From assembly GCF_009914755.1 (NCBI RefSeq), contig NC_060927.1: a DNA stretch of 64,000 bases. One strand, given 5' to 3'. The notes beneath the pieces were generated by a model that saw only the letters and a program-made list of their open reading frames with translations, ran no database searches and was not told the origin of the DNA. Shown in pieces: positions 53,413 through 64,000 of the stretch. This DNA is from the human T2T-CHM13v2.0 reference genome, Homo sapiens. The position numbers and the translations under genes were made by a program. Position 1 is the stretch's first letter; every line of letters begins with the position of its first letter.

Positions 53413-54424
53413 ATGGGGAAAAAACAGAGCAGAAAGACCGGAAACTCTAAAAATCAGAGCGCCTCTACTTCTCCAAAGGAACGCAGCTCCTCACCAGCAA
53501 CGGAACAAAGCTGGATGGAGAATGACTTTGACGAGTAGAGAGAAAAAGGCTTCAGAAGATCAAACTACTTCGAGCTAAAGGAGGAAGTTCAAACCAATGG
53601 CAAAGAAGTTAAAAACCTTGAAAAAAATTAGATGAATGGCTAACTAGAATAACCAATGCAGAGAAGTCCTTAAAGGGCCTGATGGAGCTGAAATCCACAG
53701 CATGAGAACTACATGACGAATGCACAAGCCTCAGTAGCCAATGCGATCCACTGGAAGAAAGGGTATCAGTGATGGAAGACGAAATGAATGAAATGAAGCA
53801 AGAAGAGAAGTTTAGAGAAAAAAGAATAAAAAGAAACAAACAAAGCCTCCAAGAAATAAGGATACGTGAAAAGACCAAATCTACATCTGATTGGTGTACC
53901 TGAAAGTGACAGGGAGAATGGAACCAAGTTGGAAAACACTCTGCAGGATATTATCCTGGAGAACTTCCCCAATCTAGCAAGGCAGGCCAACATTCAAATT
54001 CAGGAAATACAGAGAATGCCACAAAGATACTCCTTGAGAAGAGCAACTCCAAGACACATAATTGTCAGATTCACCAAAGTTGAAATGAAGGAAAAAATGT
54101 TAAGGGCAGCCAGAGAGAAAGGTCGGGTTACCCACAAAGGGAAGCCCATCAGACTAACGCTGATATCTCGGCAGAAACTCTACAAGCCAGAAGAGAGTGG
54201 GGGCCAATATTCAACATTCTTAAAGAAAAGAATTTTCAACCCAGAATTTCATATCCAGCCAAACTAAGCTTCATAAGTGAAGGAGAAATAAAATACTTTA
54301 CAGACAAGCAAATGCTGAGAGATTTTGTCACCACCAGGCCTGTCCTACAAGACCTCCTGAAGGAAGCATTAACATGGAAAGGAAAAACTGGTACCAGCCA
54401 CTGCAAAAACATGCCAAATTGTAA
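53413..54424 (+). pseudogene. L1 ORF1 (RNA-binding protein), frameshifted
   Basis: ATGGGGAAAAAACAG start and ATGCCAAATTGTAA end; only fragments are open, e.g. KRPNLHLIGVPESDRENGTKLENTLQDII...RATPRHIIVRFTKVEMKEKMLRAAREKG. Confidence 0.92.
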
Positions 54425-54472
54425 AGACCTTCAAGGCTAGGAAGAAACTGCATCAACTAATGAGCAAAATAA

Positions 54473-58301
<3,829 letters not shown>

Positions 58302-58699
58302 ACAATGAGAACACACGGACACAGGAAAGGGAACATCATACACTGGGGACTGTTGTGGGGTGGGGAGAGGGGGGAGGGAAAGCATTAGGAGATATACCTA
58401 ATGTTAAATGATGAGTTAATGGGTGCAGCACACCAACATGGCACATGTATACATATGTAACAAACCTGCACGTTGTGCACATGTACCCTAAAACTTAAAG
58501 TATAATAATAATAACATTTAAAAAAAAAGAATAAGCTAAGCAAATAAAAAAAATTGTACTTACTGTGTGAACGGGGCCTTTTTGTATTATGTTTGTCATT
58601 TATTAGAGGTAGAGAGGAAAGCTATTGCCATTTCTACTTTAATTTCCTAACCAACCACTCAAATGAACTCTCAAATGAGTTTGAATCATCTTTTATGTA

Positions 58700-58744
58700 A
58701 TCAGGTTGGTGCAAAAGTAATTGCTATTTTGCCATTGAAAGTAA
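58700..58744. mobile_element. MADE1 (mariner MITE), half element
   Basis: ATCAGGTTGGTGCAAAAGTAATTGC...TTTTGCCATTGAAAGTAA is one Hsmar1-type TIR; the second TIR is absent. Confidence 0.8.
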
Positions 58745-58899
58745 ATTTCCCTACATCTCTCCCCATTACATCCTTCTCTTTTTGTCTCTCCTAACTGCCT
58801 TCCTTAAATGAACTGTCCTATGTTGCTAGGAATGGGAGTAGTTGGGATTCAGGGGAAAATTCAAAGTTTTTCATTGCCCAATTCTATGGAGCAAGGGAG

Positions 58900-60260
58900 T
58901 TCTGAGAGGTGCCCCAGTGAATTATTTGGGTTGCAAACATAGAGTTCACTGCTTCCCCATCCCTTGTACAACAGAACACTTCATTTCTCCTTGTGATGAG
59001 AATTAATCACCCAGCCTTCAGGTACACTTTATGCAAATTGGTTCAATAGCATAAGGAGATCTAAAGAGTCAGATAGACTTCAGCTTCTATTTTCTCAAAA
59101 CAATGACAACAGTCTCTAATGGAAGTATTTCTCCTTGGGCACTACAGACTGCAAACCCACTGAACTTAAATCTACAGAAATAGTAAGCAAATTTCCACAA
59201 GTGGATTATTAGGTTTAGTGATGTGAAAAGCCACTTGCCCCCCTAGTTCCCGGACACATGCATTCTGGTTATGGGAGAGATGATTCCATATTTTGGCAGT
59301 TGTTTTTCAGCATGGTTAGCATTCACCGGACAGCACCCAAACTCAGGCATTGTTTTTTTCTTTGCTGATTCCTTAATTTAACTAAGCTCCTGGATGACAA
59401 AGCACATGGTAAGACCATAAACACATTGCCTTTCTTGTTTTTCCATAAAATGTGTCCCTTGGTCAGAAGCAATATCATGGGGGATACTATGGTATTTGGA
59501 TAAGGCATTCCATAAGTTCACAAATGGTGGTGTTGGGAGATGCACTTTGAGCAGAGAAGCTAAATGTATACCTAGAATTTGTGTCTATCCCTGTAGGAAC
59601 CAAAAACTGTCCCTAGCATGACAGGAGGGTTTCAGTGTTAGCTACCTACCACCAGATAGTCAACTTCCCTCCATCAAATGTCTCAGATTTGGCCCCAACT
59701 GTTGGCTAATTGTTCACTCCCCAGTGACAGAAACCAAGTCAGCCATGGTGACAGGAAGAACATGTTGACCTCTTGAATGGCCTCCATCCCTGCTGCCATG
59801 ACCACTTTGTCCATGAGCTCTTTGAGCATGAACTAGGCAGCTGAGTAAAAGAGACTGATCAACATTCACAAGATAAGTCATCTTGTCACCTGACCCTGGT
59901 TTGAGTTGACCAGGGACACAATGTCTTTACAGTCTGTGCTTATTCCAAGAGGTCCATCCATAAACGCTAACAGAACTTGTCAAAGTGTATTCCAGTTTCA
60001 TTCTTTGCAATTCCTACCCACCAGCCTCTGTCCAGAAAACCCTTCTCACCTACAAGAAGAGGAAAACAAGATATACTATCCAGAGTTTTTCCCCCAGGAG
60101 GATTGTCCTTCACCACTATCTTTTGAGGAAGGAGGGTTGATAACAGATTCTTATTAGATTGGAACTGGCATACTTTGCAGATTCCACCATTCTTCCTCTC
60201 CACTGAGAATAAGTTTCTGGCCTTCAGAAACTCCCCATGTAGCCATAGGTGTGGATTGAG
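58900..60260 (-). mobile_element. Degenerate ERVL internal (pol/integrase) remnant
   Basis: Antisense reading resembles decayed ERVL integrase (CATGGTAAGACCA ~ WSYH; AAAATGTGTCCCTTGGTCAGAAGCAAT ~ IASDQGTHF). Confidence 0.65.
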
Positions 60261-60384
60261 GAAAAGTAAATGAAGGTGTTGATAGTGCTCTATTTTTAAA
60301 GCAAATTATTTTTACATGAGTGATCATTATTGATATTTTCTTTTATAATTTCCATGCTATATATCTTGTTTGTATTTATTCAAA

Positions 60385-60590
60385 AGAAAGAAGAAGGGAA
60401 GGAAGGAAGGGAGAAAGGGAGGGAGACAGGGAAGAAAGAAGGGAGGGAGTAAGGGAGGGAGGGAGCAAGGAGGGAGGGAAGGAAGGAAGGAAGGAAGGAA
60501 GGAAGGAAGGAAGGAAGGAAGGAAGGAAGGAAAGAAGGAAGGAAGGAAGGAAGGAAGGAAGGAAGGAAGGAAGGAAGGAAGGGAGGGAGG
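60385..60590 (+). repeat. Polypurine tract with a (GGAA)14-AGAA-(GGAA)11 core
   Basis: Hand count: GGAA 60477-60532, AGAA 60533-60536, GGAA 60537-60580; GGGA/GAAA flanks. Confidence 0.97.
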
Positions 60591-60876
60591 AAATTATGCA
60601 AAAGATGTCCAAGAAAAAAGTAAAATATGACCAGTTAATTAAGCAAGTGGTGATTTTCCGTACACTTGTTAGTAACAGAAAATTGACTTACTATTCAATA
60701 TCAATTTGGAGGGCACTATTTTCATCACTCGCTAAATCTCAATTCCCAAACTTTAAAATGGGATTTGTAGTACTGGATTGCAGAATGTTAGAGAGTCTAG
60801 AAAAAAAGAATATAAAGAAACTAATATATGTTTAAGCACAGAATTATTGCTTATTAGCAATATTAAGAGAGTTTTT

Positions 60877-61176
60877 GGCCTGGCGCGGTGGCTCACGCCT
60901 GTAATCCCAACACTTTGGAAGGCCGAGCCAGGTGGATCAGGAGGTCAATAGATCAAGACCATCCTGGCCAACATGGTGAAACCCCATCTCTACTAAAAAT
61001 ACAAAAATTAACTGGGCGTGGTAGCACACGCCCGTAGTCCCAGCTACTTGGGAGGCTGAGGCAGGAGAATCACTTTAACTCAGGAGGTAGAGGTTGCAGT
61101 GAGCTGAGATCACACCACTGCACTCCAGCATGGTGACAGAGTGAGACTCTGTCTCAAAAAAAAAAAAAAAAAAGAG
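60877..61176 (+). mobile_element. AluSc-like Alu, full length
   Basis: GGTCAATAGATCAAGACCATCCTGGCCAACATGG and CCAGCATGGTGACAG (Sc-type deletion); A18 tail; TSD AGAGAGTTTTT. Confidence 0.93.
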
Positions 61177-62389
61177 AGAGAGTTTTTACCTAACTATGTG
61201 TTATTATAATATGTCATGTTCTATTGCTGTAACACAGTTAAACCACATGTATTTTTTTTTTCAAATTAATAAGCTTTAAGTCTGATGAGTTTGCTAGTAA
61301 AGTCTCTCTTGATTCCGTGGTTCTTGCAAACAAAATATAAATTCTAAAATTGTCAGTTTTCAAGGATCATAAAGTAGAGCTTACAAGACCAAATGCTTGT
61401 TATCATTTTGGTTTGTTTTAGAACTTATGTCTCATTTTTAATTTATGCTGTTTTACATATCTTCCTCTAGGCATTAGTCATTATGTCTATAGTTTTAACA
61501 ACGTTAATATTTAATTTATGTGTTCAGTAAATGAATAGCATAATTCAGGCACCCACACGGAAAAAAGTCCAAAGAATTTCAATAGCACTTTAATTCGGTT
61601 ATATTAATAAGAAAATGGGCAAATAGAATATTCACATGGGAATTTTTTGTGATACTTATGTAATTTTTAAAACTACCAACTAGACAATAAAGTAGCTAGT
61701 TGTGGGTGGGTGAATACATCAGTAAACAGGAGTAGACTCACAGTGCAGGAAGGATGCTGGAAGAATGGTTAAAAAATAAATTTTTCACCGAAGGCCTGAT
61801 ATGGCCAAAAAGAAAACAGAGACCTAGGGCAGTGAATAGATTTCTTACGTTGTTGTTGCCATGCCAAATGATCTTTAGTTTTATATCAGTAGCTATCACA
61901 GCTCTAAGTCTATATCTAGAACCTCTTAAATGAGGGCGATGAATGCTCTGATTTGTAAAGCTTTAATAATGTCAGAGGAAAAGATTGCATGAGAAAGAAG
62001 GGTGACCTTGTGATGCCTGGTCTTTCCTGGTTCTCCAGGAAAAAGAAAAACTCATTATGGAAATGACACCCATGGAATGAACATTCATCTTAAAAATGAA
62101 GAGTAGAGAACTCTTTGACTTTCTGCTGACATGCTCTTTCTCCAGCCCTTGGTTTAGTCACTAGAGTTGGGCCTATATCAAAGATTGGGGACAATAAATG
62201 CCTACAACAGGTGACACCAACTGATCCTGCCAAGAGAAGATGCTGTGCCCAAGACATGTTGCCAAAGGAAGCTTTTTAAACATCCAAGTGAAGGAAAATG
62301 AAACAGAAAATTACATGGCAGCTCACATGTGGCCACCTCAATGAAAATGTATGCCATGAAGGAACTGAATCCACCAATTGTGGTTCTCT

Positions 62390-62680
62390 AGAAGGGCACA
62401 GTAAAGTGGAAAGAAGACTGAACAAATACCCAGAAGATCCTGATTTTTGACTCATATCAGTATTTCACTGGATTTGTGAGACTGAGTAAGACACTTGCCT
62501 TCCCTGAGACTCAAATAGGGATAATAATGGTCAGAATAGGTTGACACACAGTAAGCACTCAAAAGTATTATTTGCCATAATTAGTATTTTATTAATATAA
62601 TCTTCTAAGATTATTGTGTTGAATAAAAATGCATATCTGAAAGCCCTTATAAGTTGCAAAGCATTATGTAAACATAAGGA
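62390..62680 (+). mobile_element. MIR fragments
   Basis: CAGTAAAGTGGAAAGAAGACTG...GAGTAAGACACTTGCCTTCCCTGAGACTCA...CACAGTAAGCACTCAAAA. Confidence 0.6.
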
Positions 62681-63069
62681 GCCCTGTAGCTTATTGTAGA
62701 TGACAACACCAGTATTCTACCTGGCTATAGTTCTCTGAGCCTTTAAAATTCAGATGATTTAAATATTTTCCAGGGTACAACACTAAGTGGAAATTTTAAA
62801 ACACACATCAAAATCCTTTCCTTCATAATGACTGCAACTAGGAAAAGAAATTACTTATGTATACAGACAAAGACAGGATGGAAACATGAAAAGATGAAAA
62901 TAATTGGATTTGCTAATGGTAGTAGAAATGAGGGTTATTCATTTTTATGTCTATGTATTTTAATCTGTTCTTTAAATAAAAAACAGCTTCAATGTAAAAA
63001 TAATAAAATACAGAAAGTTAAGCTAAGAATTGAGATTTACATTGGGAGTACACTGATGCCCTATATATA

Positions 63070-63250
63070 GTAATAATGATAATAACAGTAGTTTAATTTA
63101 TTGAGTAATTTCTATGGATTAGGCATGGTGTTGAGTGTTTTACATACATGGATCTGTCTAATCATCACACCAACACCATGCACACACAGGAACACATGAA
63201 GAAAATAAAACTCACCAACTAAGTAACTTGCCAGTTTCCAGTTGGCAACT
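63070..63250 (-). mobile_element. MIR fragment
   Basis: ATTTATTGAG...CTATG...AGGCATGGTGTTGAGTGTTTTACATACAT...TAAGTAACTTGCC. Confidence 0.6.
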
Positions 63251-64000
63251 GTAGAGTACAAAAGTGCTTTGTGTGTAACAGCCTATGAAAATATTGGCTT
63301 ATTTAATCTGGGAAAAATAAGTGGATTAGCATTCTTCCAGCTCTTTAGTGGTTTTGGAAAAATTAAAGAAAAATATTAAGTCACTGATCTGAGTATTTTC
63401 ACTTCCATCTCATTTGCTCCTGCCCCTAGTATGAGTCTCACCAACTTCCCATTTTTTTGTGCTTACCTGTATGCTCGCTCTTTTGCCTGTAAATTCAACA
63501 ACAGAACTTGAACTTAAAAGAGTACTCAAAGACAATTCAACCCTCAGCCTACAGACGAGGAGTAAGGCCTAGAGAGATATGGAGGAGTTCACCAAGTCTG
63601 GGTGGAGGAAATAACTGAAATGGCCATGGAGGCACCTGTCATCAGTTACTGAAAAAAGGAAAATACAAATAAAGCAATGGCTCTAAACATAGCCATGGGC
63701 CCCTCAGACACTATTTCACAAAGCACAGCTAACTTTCCAGGAAAGAAGGAGGGTACAGAAAGCACCCTTCTTAAAACACATAGATAGGCAGACTGGGGAG
63801 CCTCAACCACATCCCATCTCCAGTGTTACTAAACTGAAAGTAAAGTCAGCTCTAAGGTCCTTTCTTATTCTGTGCATCTCATTTGCTTTTTCTTCTGTCT
63901 TGTTTTTGAAACTGGTGTTGCTATTATTGGACATATCTAAAATAACAAAGAAATGGAAAACTTTTCTACAATTTGGAGGTCAAAAATAAAATACCTATTA

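Noticed and set aside
58900-60260. Domesticated retroviral integrase gene
   Set aside because: Only short broken fragments remain, with no long ORF.
60320-60835. 171-aa EGRK-repeat ORF and its PSFL antisense counterparts
   Set aside because: These are translations of the GGAA microsatellite.

Overview
AT-rich, CpG-poor primate (almost certainly human) non-coding DNA, made up mostly of interspersed repeats. I see no cellular protein-coding exon, tRNA, rRNA or CRISPR array. The main landmarks are: a near full-length, TSD-flanked L1PA (L1PA4-like) at 52394-58547 with broken ORF1/ORF2 but an open endonuclease domain; old L1M/L2/MIR debris; three Alus and two Alu monomers; many MaLR/ERVL solo LTRs; hAT-Charlie fossils; a ~1.7 kb purine-pyrimidine-alternating quasi-palindromic minisatellite (31173-32872) that explains all the long ORFs there; and an interrupted (GGAA)14-AGAA-(GGAA)11 microsatellite. 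The most interesting signals are small-scale: perfect fold-back hairpins that look like template-switch mutations, every MST LTR nested in an older LTR, an L2 fragment inside MER20, a short L1 3' transduction, and an EWSR1-FLI1-type GGAA array one base from fusing. From memory only, the flank around 1307 resembles dbSNP rs3 (13q13, EEF1DP3 region); this is unverified. I found no convincing new biological system. Repeat subfamily names come from recalled consensus sequences and need RepeatMasker/Dfam confirmation.
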